From Centroscyllium fabricii (Eukaryota): a DNA stretch of 64,000 nt. This document shows, piece by piece, positions 24,940 through 37,200 of the stretch. Position 1 is the first letter of the stretch. Each line of letters begins with the position of its first letter. The notes under the pieces were generated by a model that made no database searches, was not told the DNA's origin, and saw nothing but the letters and a program-made list of their open reading frames with translations. The DNA lies in contig JBNRSN020000508.1 in assembly GCA_051313645.2 (NCBI GenBank), positions 124,001-188,000 of the forward strand, given 5' to 3'. The translations under genes were made by a program, and so were the position numbers.

Positions 24940-25622
24940 CCAATACTCCAGACCCCCAATACACCAGACCCCCAATACCCCAGACCCCCAATACCCCAGA
25001 CCCCCAATATCCCAGACCCCCAATATCCCAGACCACCAATATCCCAGACCCCCAATATCCCAGACCCCCAATACCCCAGACCCCCAATATCCCAGACCCC
25101 CAATACCCCAGACCCCCAATACCCCAGACCCTCCGTACCCCAGACCCTCCGTACCCCAGACCCTCCGTACCCCAGACCCTCCGTACCCCAGACCCTCCGC
25201 ACCCCCAGACCCTCCGCACCCCCAGACCCTCCGCACCCCCAGACCCTCCGCACCCCCAGACCCTCCGCACCCCCAGACCCTCCGCACCCCCAGACCCTCC
25301 GCACCCCCAGACCCTCCGCACCCCCAGACCCTCCGCACCCCCAGACCCTCCGCACCCCCAGACCCTCCGCACCCCCAGACCCTCCGCACCCCCAGACCCT
25401 CCGCACCCCCAGACCCTCCGCACCCCCAGACCCTCCGCACCCCCAGACCCTCCGCACCCCCAGACCCTCCGCACCCCCAGACCCTCCGCACCCCCAGACC
25501 CTCCGCACCCCCAGACCCTCCGCACCCCCAGACCCTCCGCACCCCCAGACCCTCCGCACCCCCAGACCCTCCGCACCCCCAGACCCTCAATACCCCCAGA
25601 CCCTCACCAGCCCCAGACCCTC
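24940..25622. repeat. C-rich 17-bp minisatellite (CCCCAGACCCCCAATAC grading into CCCCCAGACCCTCCGCA)
   Basis: Period of 17 (25201 to 25218). Begins about 16 bp after the rod-exon donor. Confidence 0.95.
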
Positions 25623-26324
25623 ACTGTTTTTAAATATTAACCTAATTGTCCGAATCACGTTCAATGTGGCGGCTAGTTAGCCTCAATCACATTTGCTCTT
25701 AACCCTGTCAGCACCTGGTGTCCACCCTACTTCAGTCAAATGTACATGTTCTATCTGGGAGAGATGGCCAAAGCTGAGTTAGGGACTATTGTATCCTGAG
25801 TCACAGAAGCTAAACTTGCTCATTTAGACCAGACATGCAGCCACGCTGCAGATGGCAACACTTCAGATGGTCACACGTTGTTAGCAATGCTAAGCAACCT
25901 TAAACAAAACCAGTGACTTAATGCAGGTGCTTCTGATCTATAACAATTTTAGCGATCTGTAAAGCTCCCTGACCAAGCAACAATGAAACCCTCATTGACC
26001 CCCGACCCCCACCATGATGACCCCACTCCTTACCTGGTGTTCTCCACAATGCCAATTGTTGGTTGTCCACGAGCAAGTTGTCGTCCTCATTCCCCATTCC
26101 CAGTGGTTCTGGCCACCTTGTTCCATGGGGATTAACCCCTCAACTCTCCTCCCTCCCACCTCTGTCATTGGCCACACCCCCACCCCTCAGTTGGTGAATC
26201 ACCCCCTACTGGCTGACCTCAGCAAAGTTGCCTCCCTTGTGAACAGATCATTCCCATTCGTGGCCTCATCATGGATGAAACCCAGCTAATGGATAGTGAC
26301 TCCTTCCCTGACACTGAAGGTGGC

Positions 26325-26592
26325 CCACCCTCACCCTTTCCCTTCACCTGCCCCCCCTTGTCAGCCCCACCCTCACCCGCTCCCTTCACCTGCCACCCCT
26401 TGTCAGCCCCACCCTCACCCGCTCCCTTCACCTGCCCCCCCTTGTCAGCCCCACCCTCACCCGCTCCCTTCACCTGCCCCCCCTTGTCAGCCCCACCCTC
26501 ACCCGCTCCCTTCACCTGCCCCCCCTTGTCAGCCCCACCCTCACCCGCTCCCTTCACCAGCCCCCCCTTGTCTGCCCCACCCTCGCCCGCTT
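26325..26592. repeat. 42-bp minisatellite, about 6 copies
   Basis: Unit CCCTTCACCTGCCCCCCCTTGTCAGCCCCACCCTCACCCGCT, translating as [14 protein letters not shown]. Confidence 0.9.
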
Positions 26593-27109
26593 GTCCTCAA
26601 CCTCATCTCCTCCATGTGCCTCTACTTAAAGTGGCTTCTTAAACCTATGATCTCAACCTACACCTGAATTTCCCGGCCCATTCTCCTCCATTTCTCTACC
26701 TCCTCTCCGCACACTACCTTTCCCCTGACTAAACTCAACATCCAAACCATGGTCAATTGATCACGGATTATTGAATTCACTCTCCCTCCCTATGCACCAT
26801 TACATTGCTGGGTAGTAAACAGAGATTATAGAGAGTAAGACGAACAAGGAATTAAGGGAAATGGTAAAGGATTTTATAGAAAGGCTAGTTAAAGAAAGAA
26901 AGTGTGACAGAGATATTAAATGAGGAACATTTTTACATCGAACGTGATAGTGGGAATGAAAGGGTACCAGAGCAGGAGCTGCAGCAATGAATCCCCCTCT
27001 AGATTTTCTTTACTCAATTTGATATTAACCCTGTCATCATCCGATGTGCAGATAACGGAGACCTGGCTCAGAAAAGGGCAGGGTTGGGTACTAAATATTC
27101 CTGGAGATA

Positions 27110-27575
27110 AAGGGCTGGAAATTGGCCACCCTGCGCCTGCCCGTTGGGCGCTAATAGGACGTAACACAATTAGCGCTTGCGCCCAGCGCAAAATTCTGTG
27201 GGCCACTAAGGTGGGCGGTAACCGGTGGCGCCCTACTGAACTTCTCGCCCAGCTGGCTGACAGGAATGATGTCATCACGTCGCGCAGACGGCGCCCACAA
27301 CTGAAATTGGGTAGCGCTCGCTGAGTTTTTGGCGGGCGCTACCCGCGCCAGATTTTTCGGGCCATTACAGCAGCGGGGGAGCGCTGCTTAAAGGGGAGGG
27401 TGTCGGTCGGCCATTTTTATTGCTGGCCGACTGCCAGCACCTTCCCCCTCTCCTCCCCCTCTGATCCCCCTCTCCTCCCCCACTGCTCCCCCCGCGGTGC
27501 CAGGCCTCCGACCAGTGAGCCCGGCATTCCCTCCAGTGCCGGGCTTCCTCTGATGAATGCCATCCGACGGCGGCC
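27110..27575. mobile_element. CpG-rich insertion within a CR1, possibly a non-autonomous DNA element fragment
   Basis: Abrupt GC/CpG-rich block between a CR1 endonuclease remnant (ITETWLRKGQGWVLNIPG) and a CR1 RT remnant. Has short internal inverted repeats (GCGCTAAT/ATTAGCGC). The family is not identifiable from sequence alone. Confidence 0.35.
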
Positions 27576-27577
27576 CA

Positions 27578-29985
27578 GGTTGGCTGTACTTAAAGTAGAT
27601 AAGTCACCAGGACCAGATGGGATACATCTTAGAATGCTGAGGGAAGTGAAGGTGGAAATTATGGAGGTCCTGGCCATAATCTTCCAATCCGCCATAGATA
27701 CGGGGGTGGAGCCAGAGGACTGGAGAATTGCAAATGTTACACCCTTGTTCAAAAAAGGGTGTAAGAATAAACCCAGCAACTACAGGCCAGTCAGTTTAAC
27801 CTCGTTAGTGGGGAAGTTTTTAGAAACGGTAATCCGGGACAAAATTAACAGTGTGGATTAATTAAGAAAACCAGCACGGATTTGCTAAAGGCAAATCATG
27901 TTTAACTATAACAATAGACAAGATAATACCACAGGTAACGATAGAGCGATGGCAGAAATATTAAATAATTATTTTGCTTCAGTATTTACCAGGGAGATAG
28001 AACAGGTGGACATGACATCGGATGATGAGATTAGTAATACTGCAATTAAAATAAAAAGAGGAGATATATTAAATAAATTAACCAAACTCAAAGAGGATAA
28101 AACCCCTGGTCCGGATGGATTGGATTGCATCCACGCATTTTAAAAGAATCGAGGGAAGAGCGAGTGGAGGCTTTACTGCACATATTTAATAATTCAAAAA
28201 GGTGTAATGCCAGAGGACTGGTGGATAGCTAACGTAGTACCGATATTACTGAAGTGAGATAGAAGATGTCCAGGGAATTATAGACCAGTCGGCTTATCAT
28301 CGGTGGTAGGAAAATTAATGGAATCTCTACTAAAGGAGAAAATGGAACATCTGACAACCAAAAATATAATCATGAATAATCAGCATAGATTTCAAAAGGG
28401 AAAGTCTTGCTTGATCAACCTCATTGAATTTTTTGAAGAGGAAACAGAGAGAGTAGACAATGGTAATGCAGTAGATGTAATTTATCTAGATTTTCAAAAG
28501 GCCTTTGATAAGGTTCCCCATAATAGACTGATGAACAAGGTCAGAGAATGCGGAGTCCGGGGACAAGTAGCAGAATGGATTGCTGGCTGGCTTCAGGACA
28601 GAAAGCAGAGAGTGGGGGTAAAGGGCAGCTACTCACAGTGGCAGAAGGTGGGTCGTGGTGTTCCACAAGGATCAGTGCTGGGACCACTGCTGTTCACAAT
28701 TTACATTAACGATTTAGACTTTGGAATCAAAAACAATTTCTAAAGTTGCAGATGACACCAATACTAAGGAGGACTGCAAGAAATTACAGGAGGACATTAA
28801 TAAACCTACAAAATGGGCCCATAATTGGCAAATGAAGTTCAACACAGATAAATGTGAGGTATTATATTTTGGTAGGAAGAATAGGGAGGTCACCGATCAC
28901 TGGAGGGTGCGAGTCTGGGTGGGGTAGAGGAACAAAGGGATCTGAGAGTACAAATACACAAATCACTAAAAGTTGTGCCACAGGTTAGCAAGGCCATAAA
29001 AATAGCAAACCAAGCACTAGGGTTTATTTCTAGAGGGATAGAATTGTAAAGTAGGGAAGTTATGCTAAACCTGTATCGAACCTTGGTTAGACCACACTTG
29101 GAGCACTGTGTCCAGTTCTGGTCGCCATATTATAAAAAGGATATAGAGGCACTGGAGAGGATGCGGAGAAGATTTACAAGGATGATACCAGAAATGCGAG
29201 GGTATACATATCAGGAAAGGATGAACAGGCTGGGTCTCTTTTCTCTTGAAAAAAGAAGGCTGAGGGGTGACCTAATAGAGGTCTTTAAAATCATGAAAGG
29301 TTTTGATAGAGTGGATAGAGAGAGAATGTTTCCACTTGTAGGGAAGAGCAAAACTAGAGGTCATCAATATAAGATAGTCATCAAGAAATCCAATAGGAAA
29401 TTCAGGAGAAACATCTTTATCCCGAGAGTGGTGAGAATGTGGAACTCGCTCCCACAGGGAGTGGTTGAAACGAATAGAATAATCGACATCCTGGGGGTCA
29501 CCATTGACCAGAAACTTAACTGGAATAGCCACATAAATACTGTGGCAACAAGAGCAGGTCAGAGGCTGGGTATTCTGGAGACATGGCTCCAGGATGACCA
29601 AGACTGAGAAATTAACATCCAGGGGTATTCAATATTCAGGAAGGACAGGAAAAAATCAGGTGGAGTAGCATTGCTGGTTAAAGAGGAGATTAACACAATA
29701 GTAGGGAAGGATATTCAAGAAGGGTAGTAGGGATAAACCAGGGAATTACAGGCCAGTGAGCTTAACATCAGTGGTAGGGAAATTATTGGAAAAAATTCTG
29801 AGGGACAGAATTAGTCTCTTCTTGGAGGGACAAGGATTAATCAAGGATAGACAGCATGGCTTTGTCAAGGGAAGATCATGTCTGACCAACTTGATTGAAT
29901 TTTTTGAGGGGGTGACTAGGCGTGTGGATGAGGGTAGTGCAGTGGTTGTGGTATACATGGATTTCAGTAAGGCTTTTGATAAGTC
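27578..29985 (+). mobile_element. Cluster of degenerate CR1 LINE ORF2 fragments (at least three pieces) plus a short CR1/L2-group piece at 29485-29578
   Basis: Motifs KSPGPDGIH, DWRIANVTPLFKKG, NYRPVSLTS, YLDFQKAFDKVPH, GVPQGSVLGPLLF.IYIND, LVRPHLEHCVQFWSP and RVVRMWNSLP, with many stops and frameshifts. Confidence 0.9.
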
Positions 29986-31803
29986 CTTACCAGCGTTTTG
30001 TACAGCTCCATCATAACCTCCATGCTCTTATATACTATGCCTCGGCTAATGAAGGCAAGTATCCCATATGCCTTTTTAACCACCTTATCTACCTGTCCTG
30101 CTGCCTTCAGGGATCTATGTACATGCACACCAAGGTCCCTCTGATCCTCTGTCTTTCCTAGCGTCCTACCATTCATTGTGTATTCCCATGCCATGTTAGA
30201 CCTACCGAAATGCATCACCTCACACTTTTCAGGGTTAAATTCCATTTGTCACTGTTCCACCCATCTGACCAACTCATCTATATCGTCCTGCAGACTGAGG
30301 CTTCCCTCCTCGTTATCTACCACCCCACCAATTTTCGTGTCATCAGCGAACTTACTGATCATACCTTTTATATTCAAATCCAAATCATTAATGTAGACTA
30401 CAAACAGCAAGGGTCCCAGCACCGATCCCTACAGTACCCTGCTGGACACAGGCTTCCAGTCACAAAAACAACCTTCGACCATCACCCTCTGCCTTCTGGC
30501 ACTAAGCCAGTTTTGGATCCACTGTGCCAAGGTGCTCTGGATCCTATGGGCTCTTACCTTCTTGACCAGTCTCCTATGCGGGACCTTATCAAAAGCCTTA
30601 CTAAAATCCATGTATACCACATCCACTGCACTACCCTCGTCCACAAGCCTAGTCACCCCCTCGAAAAATTCAATCAAATTAGTCAGACATGATCTTCCCT
30701 TGATGAAGCCATGCTGACTATCCTTAATTAATCCTTGCCTCTCCAAGTGGAGACTAATTCTGTCCCTCAGAATTTTTTCTAGTAATTTCCCCACCACTGA
30801 TGTCAGGCTCACCGGCCTGTAATTCCCTGGTTTATCCCTACTACCTTTCTTGAATAACGGTACTACATTGGCCATTCTCCAGTCCTCCAGCACATCCCCT
30901 GTGGCCAGAGAGGTTCTGAAAATTTGTGTCAGAGCCCCTGCAATCTCTTCCTTAGCCTCACCCAGCAGCCTTGGATACATCTCGTCAGGGCCTGGAGACT
31001 TATCCACTTTTAAGCCTGCTAAAACCGCTAGTACCTCCTCCCTGTCAATACTAATATGATCAAGTGTATTGCATTCCTCCTGTCTTATTTCTATGTCCAC
31101 ATCGCCCTTCTCCACAGTGAACACAGATGCAAAAAATTCATTCAAAATCCCACCCACATCCTCTGGCTCGACACACAGATTCCCACTTTGGTCACTAATG
31201 GGCCCCACCCTTTCCCTCGTTATCATCTTGCCCTTAATATATTTATAAAACATCTTAGGATTTTCTTTTATTTTGCCCGCCAGGGTTATCTCATGGCCCC
31301 TCCTCGCTCTCCTAATTTCTTTTTTAAGTAACCCCCTGCACCTTCTATACTCCTCTAGAGCCTCCTCTGTCTTTAGTTCTTTATGTCTGCCGAAAGCCCC
31401 CCTTTTTTTCCAAATCAATTTGCGTATATCCCTTGACATCCAAGGTTCCCTGGGCTTATTGGTCCCACCCTTGACCTTAAGGGGAACATGTTTCCCTTGT
31501 ACTTTCTCAATTTCCCTTCTGAACGCCTCCCACTGTTCTGATGCGGACTTTCCTTCGAGTAGCTGGTCCCAGTCCACTTTGGCCAGCTCCTGCCTTATCA
31601 TATTAAAATCAGCCTTGCCCCAATTTAGAACCTTTATTTCTGGTCCATCTTTGTCTTTTTCCATTACTACCTTAAATATTACCGAATTATGGTCACTGTC
31701 CCCAAAGTGCTCTGCTACTGACACTTCTTCCACTTGCCCGTTCTCATTTCCCAGAATTAAGTCTAATACCGCCCCCTGCCTTGTAGGACTTCCTACATAC
31801 TGG
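29986..31803 (-). mobile_element. CR1 LINE ORF2 fragment (late endonuclease to RT)
   Basis: The 434-aa ORF 30429-31733(-) has SDHN, KSPGPDEMYPR, NYRPVSLTSVVGKLLE and YMDFSKAFDKVPH. It continues in 29964-30245(-) as EFNPEKCEVMH...RDLGVHV. Confidence 0.93.
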
Positions 31804-31959
31804 CTCTGTGTTTGTCTTAATGCTGCGGTAGCGTTTTCCTGACCGCAGCAGTGAGAAGAGGCCGTTGTTCGGGTGACTAGGATCCTTAATGACCTTCTTA
31901 GCCTTAGTCATGCACCGCCTGGTGTAGATATCCTGCAGGTTAGGCAGTGCACCCCCGGT

Positions 31960-32048
31960 GGGTCAGATCAGATCAACCATGATTTTACTGAATGGCGGAG
32001 CAGGCTCGAGGGACCAAATGGCCTACTCCTACGTCTTATGTTCTTATG
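31960..32048 (+). mobile_element. CR1 3' end
   Basis: GATCAACCATGAT...GAATGGCGGAGCAGGCTCGAGGGACCAAATGGCCTACTCCT...TATGTTCTTATG. Confidence 0.75.
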
Positions 32049-32510
32049 TAACAACAACAAATACTTATTTTTATATAGCGCCTTTAACATAATAAAACGT
32101 CGCATGGCACTTCACAGGAGTGTTATCAAAAAACAAATTGACACGAGCCATATCAGATGTTAGGGCAGCTGACCAAAATTTGGTTGAAGCGGTCGGATTT
32201 AAAGAACGTCTTAAAGGAGGAAGGAGAAGTGGAGAGGCTGAGAGATTTAGGGAGGGAATTCCAGAGCTTAGGGCCAAGGCCGCTGAAGGCATAGCCGCCA
32301 GTGGTGGAGGGATTAAAATTGGGGTGTTCAAAAGGCCAGAAATGGCAGAGCACAGATATCTCGGGGGATTATAGCGCTGGAAGAGGTTACAGAGATAGGG
32401 AGGGACGAGGCCATGGAGGGATTTGAAAACAAGGATGAGAATTTTAAATCGACGCACAGCTTAATTGGGAGCCAATGTATGTTAGCGAGCACAGGGGAGA
32501 TGGAATGCAA
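32049..32510 (-). mobile_element. L2 LINE 3' fragment
   Basis: The minus strand encodes HSISPVLANIHWLPI, FKILILVFKSLHGL.PPYL and AFSGLGPKLWNSLP, with a (TTG)n tail. These are typical L2 C-terminal motifs. Confidence 0.8.
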
Positions 32511-32696
32511 CCCTTATCCTTATTGGTAAATCCATTCATGGCCTCAGCCAACACATTCTCTGACATCTCGTCACACGGTCTCTTAGGGCGTGTGTAGACC
32601 GCTACAATTCATTGTTCTTGCTAGGCTCAAGCCCTATTACATAACGTTACTAATGTTCCCTGAATGTTTCACAGATATCAGTAATGAGTGGTTTAC

Positions 32697-34266
32697 TGCT
32701 GGGTGTGGTAATGGTGGGTTATTGCTGCGTTGGGTAATGGTGGGTTATTGCTGTGTTTGGTAACGGTGGGTTATTGCTGCGTTGGGTAACGGTGGGTTAT
32801 TGCTGCGTTGGGTAATGGTGCGTTATTGCTGCGTTGGGTAACGGTGGATTATTGCTGTGTTGGGTAACGGTGGGTTATTGTTGCGTTGGGTAACGGTGGA
32901 TTATTGCTGCGTTGGGTAACGGTGAGTTATTGCTGCGTTGGGTAACGGTGGGTTATTGCTGCGTTGGGTAACGGTGCGTTATTGCTGTGCTGGGTAACGG
33001 TGGGTTATTGCTGTGTTGGGTAACGGTGGGTTATTGCTGTGTTGGGTAACGGTGGGTTATTGCTGTGTTGGGTAACGGTGGGTTATTGCTGCGTTGAGTA
33101 ATGGTGCGTTATTGCTGTGTTGGTTAACGGTGAGTTATTTCTGTGTTGGGTAATGGTGCGTTATTGCTGTGTTGGGTAACGGTGGGTTATTGCTGTGTTG
33201 GTTAATGGTGAGTTATTTCTGTGTTGGGTAACGGTGGGTTATTGCTGTGTTGGGTAACGGTGGGTTATTGCTGTGTTGGGTAATGGTGGGTTATTGCTGC
33301 GTTGGGTAACGGTGGATTATTGCTGCGTTGGGTAACGGTGAGTTATTGCTGCGTTGGGTAACGGTGAGTTATTGCTGCGTTGGGTAATGGTGCGTTATTG
33401 CTGTGTTGGGTAACGGTGGATTATTGCTGCGTTGGGTAACGGTGGATTATTGCTGTGTTGAGTAACTGGGTTATTGCTGTGTTGGGTAACTGCGTTATTG
33501 CTGCATTGGGTAACGGTGCGTTATTGCTGCGTTGGGTAACGGTGGGTTATTGCTGTGTTGGGTAACGGTGGGTTATTGCTGTGTTGGGTAACGGTGAGTT
33601 ATTGCTGTGTTGGGTAACGGTGGGTTATTGCTGCGTTGGGTAACGGTGAGTTATTGCTACGTTGGGTAACGGTGGGTTATTGCTGCGTTGGGTAACGATG
33701 GGTTATTGCTCCGTTGGGTAACGGTGGGTTATTGCTGCGTTGGGTAATGGTGGGTTACTGCGTTGGGTAACGGTGGGTTATTGCTCCGTTGGGTAACGGT
33801 GGGTTATTGCTCCATTGGGTAATGGTGGGTTACTGCGTTGGGTAACGGTGGGTTATTTCTGTGTTGGGTAACGGTTGATTATTGCTGCGTTGGGTAACGG
33901 TGGGTTATTTCTGTGTTGGGTAACGGTGGGTTATTGCTGTGTTGAGTAACTGAGTTGTTGCTGCGTTGGGTAACGGTGGGTTATTTCTGTGTTGGGTAAC
34001 GGTGGATTATTGCTGCGTTGGGTAACGGTGGGTTATTGCTGCGTTGGGTAACGGTGGGTTATTTCTGCGTTGGGTAACGGTGGGTTATTTCTGTGTTGGG
34101 TAACGGTGGGTTATTGCTGCGTTGGGTAACGGTGGGTTATTTCTGTGTTCGGTAACGGTGCGTTATTGCTGCTTTGGGTAACGGTGGGTTATTGCTGCGT
34201 TGGGTAACGGTTGGTTATTGCTGCGTTGGGTAATGTTGGGTTATTGCTGGGTGTGGTAATGTTATT
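32697..34266. repeat. 26-bp minisatellite (GGTGGGTTATTGCTGCGTTGGGTAAC), about 60 copies
   Basis: Direct tandem repeats ending about 30 bp upstream of the terminal-exon acceptor. Confidence 0.95.
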
Positions 34267-34295
34267 GATCAATTTCTTGTAATTGGTCCTTGCAG

Positions 34296-37200
34296 ATGGA
34301 AGCAGGACAGAAGAAAGAAATTGTCCATACGACTCACATCCTTCAACAAACCTTCATCAGTGAGAAAGAGCTGCTGCTAAAGAAGGAAAAGATGATTGAA
34401 GATGAGAAGGAGAAGTTGGAACAGTTATATGTAGATGAACTGAAGAAATCCATATCTCTGAAGGACGAACAAGAGAAGCAAATGAAGAATCTGGAGGATG
34501 AAAAACGCAAACTTCAAGCCAGTATGGATGAGGCACTAAGAAAGCAGAGGGAGGCTGAGAATCAGGTCCATGATAAGCAGAGAGAACTTCAGGAAATGGA
34601 GGTGAAGAGACAGGAGAAAGAGAAGCAGCTAGCCGATGAAAATCAGGCTCTGAGAGAGATGTTGGAGCAACTGAAAGCGCAGAAGATCGAAGCAATGGCC
34701 AAAGAGAAGGTCATTCAATCAGTGACACTCACTCCAGTCGGAGCCGTTTCAAATGGCAGAGACGTGGTGGATTCCACCCCTGAAGGTGAAGATGCCAAGT
34801 TTTCCTTTGATGGCCTCCGCCAACCAGTCACCGCAGGTCGGTTACAGCAAGCTGGCATCCTGAGTAAGAAACAGCTGGACAAGCTGAAGAAAGGTTCCAT
34901 CACAGTGAAGGAACTCTCACAAAAAGAAAACCTGAAGAATTATCTGCAGGGCAAGAGTTGCGTTGCTGGTCTGATCATTGAACCCACAAAGGAGAAAATG
35001 AGCCTCTACCAGGCAATGAAGCAGAGATTACTGAAACCCAGCACAGCCACCGTCTTGCTGGAGGCCCAAGCAGCATCCGGCTTCATCATCGACCCCATTA
35101 ACAACAAGAAACTGTCGGTCAACCAGGCCATAAAGGAAGGAGTAATTGGACCAGAGCTTCAGGACAAACTGCTTTCTGCAGAGAGAGCTGTCACAGGTTA
35201 CAGGGATCCCTATACTGGCAATCAGATCTCCCTATTCCAAGCAATGAATAAGGATCTCATCATTCCAAGCCATGCAACTCGCCTGATGCAGGCACAGATT
35301 GCTACTGGTGGCATCATTGACCCCATCCACAGCCATCGCCTGCCATTGGACCAGGCCTGCAAGCAAGGTATATTTGATGAGGACATGAATAAGACACTTG
35401 CTAGTGAAAGTGATGATACCAAAGGATTCGTTGACCCCAACACTCAGGAGAATGTTACGTACATGCAGCTGATGAACAGATGCAAGAAGGATCCAGAAAC
35501 CGGCCTATGTCTCTTGCCATTAACGGATGAAGCAGTGACACAAATGGAAGGTTACACCACGGAGCAGACTCGCGACATCTTCAGCACGGCCACAGTGTCC
35601 GTCCCATCAGGAAAATTCTCTGGGAAGACTGTCACCATCTGGGAACTGATCAACTCGGACTATTTCACTGCAGATCAACGCCGGGACCTAATCTGGCAAT
35701 ACAGGTCAGGAAAGGTCACCATTGAAAACATTATTAAATTCATCATCACCATCATTGATAAAATTGAGACCAAAAAACAGCTTCTCTTTGATGGTCTGAG
35801 GGACAAGGTTCCTGCCAGTGAGCTGTTGGAATCTAAGATCATCGACAAGAAGACGTTTGATGGGCTGCAGAAGGGTAAGGCATCACCAGAAGATGTTGGC
35901 AAGTTGGAGGCGGTCAGGAAATACCTCCAGGGATCAGATAGCATCGCTGGAGTGTTTGTTGAACCTACAAAGGAGAAGATGAGCTTTTATGAGGCGATGA
36001 AGAAGAATTTGTTGAGTCCAACCACAGCAGAGTTCTTACTGGAAGCTCAGGCAGCCTCGGGATTCATTGTTGACCCCGTGCGGAATCGGACGCTCACTGT
36101 TGATGAAGCAGTTAAGGAAGGTCTCATTGGACCAGAGCTTTGTGAGAAGCTTCTGTCTGCAGAAAGAGCGGTAACTGGATACAAGGATCCCTACACTGGC
36201 CGTAAGATCTCCTTATTTGAGGCAATCAACAAGAATCTTCTTCACAAAGACCATGGTATCCGTCTCCTGGAGGCACAGTTGTCATCTGGAGGCATCATTG
36301 ACCCTGTGACCAGCCATCGCTTGCCCGTTGACGTGGCCTACAAGCGAGGTATGCTTGATGAGGAGATGAGCCAGATGTTGTCCACTCCCAGCGATGACAC
36401 AAAAGGATTCTATGATCCAAACACAGAGGAGAACCTCACCTACCAACAGCTGAAGGAGAGATGTAGAAAGGATGATAAGTCGGGGCTCTTCCTGCTGCCC
36501 TTGAGCGAGAAAGCAATCATGTCAAAACCTGCTTATGATGAAGAGCAGACGAAAGATACCTTTAGGAAGACCACAGTCTCTGTTCCTGCCGGCAAATTCA
36601 CTGGTAAGACCGTCACCATCTGGGAGTTGATTAACTCAGAGTATTTCACCGATGAACAGAGGAGAGAGCTGATCCGACAATATAGGTCAGGAAAGGTCAC
36701 AGTGGAGAAGATCATCAAAATTGTCATCACGGTGATTGAGGAAACAGAAACAAAGAAGAAACCACAGCTTCTCTTTGATGGTTTGAGGGACAAGGTTCCT
36801 GCCAGTGAGCTGTTGGAATCTCAGATCATCGACAAGAAGACGTTTGATGGGCTGCAGAAGGGTAAGGCATCACCAGAAGAGGTTGGCAAGTTGGAGGCGG
36901 TGAAGAAATACCTGCAGGGATCAGACAGCATCGCTGGAGTGTTTGTCGAACCTACAAAGGAGAAGATGAGCTTTTATGAAGCGATGAAGAAGAATCTGTT
37001 GAGATCAAGAATAGCAGAGGCCTTACTGGAAGCTCAGGCAGCGACAGGGTTCATCATTGACCCAGTGCGGAATCGGACGCTCACTGTCGATGAAGCAGTT
37101 AAGGAAGGTTTCATTGGACCAGAGCTCCATGAGAAGCTTCTGTCTGCTGAGAAAGCGGTAACTGGATACACTGATCCCTATACTGGCCGTAAGATCTCCT

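Noticed and set aside
24924-25640. Proline-rich extension of the 1360-aa rod ORF
   Set aside because: Read-through past the GT donor at 24924 into a 17-bp repeat. It is intronic.
30429-31733. Functional reverse transcriptase gene
   Set aside because: Truncated CR1 ORF2 with a stop before the catalytic region and no complete endonuclease.
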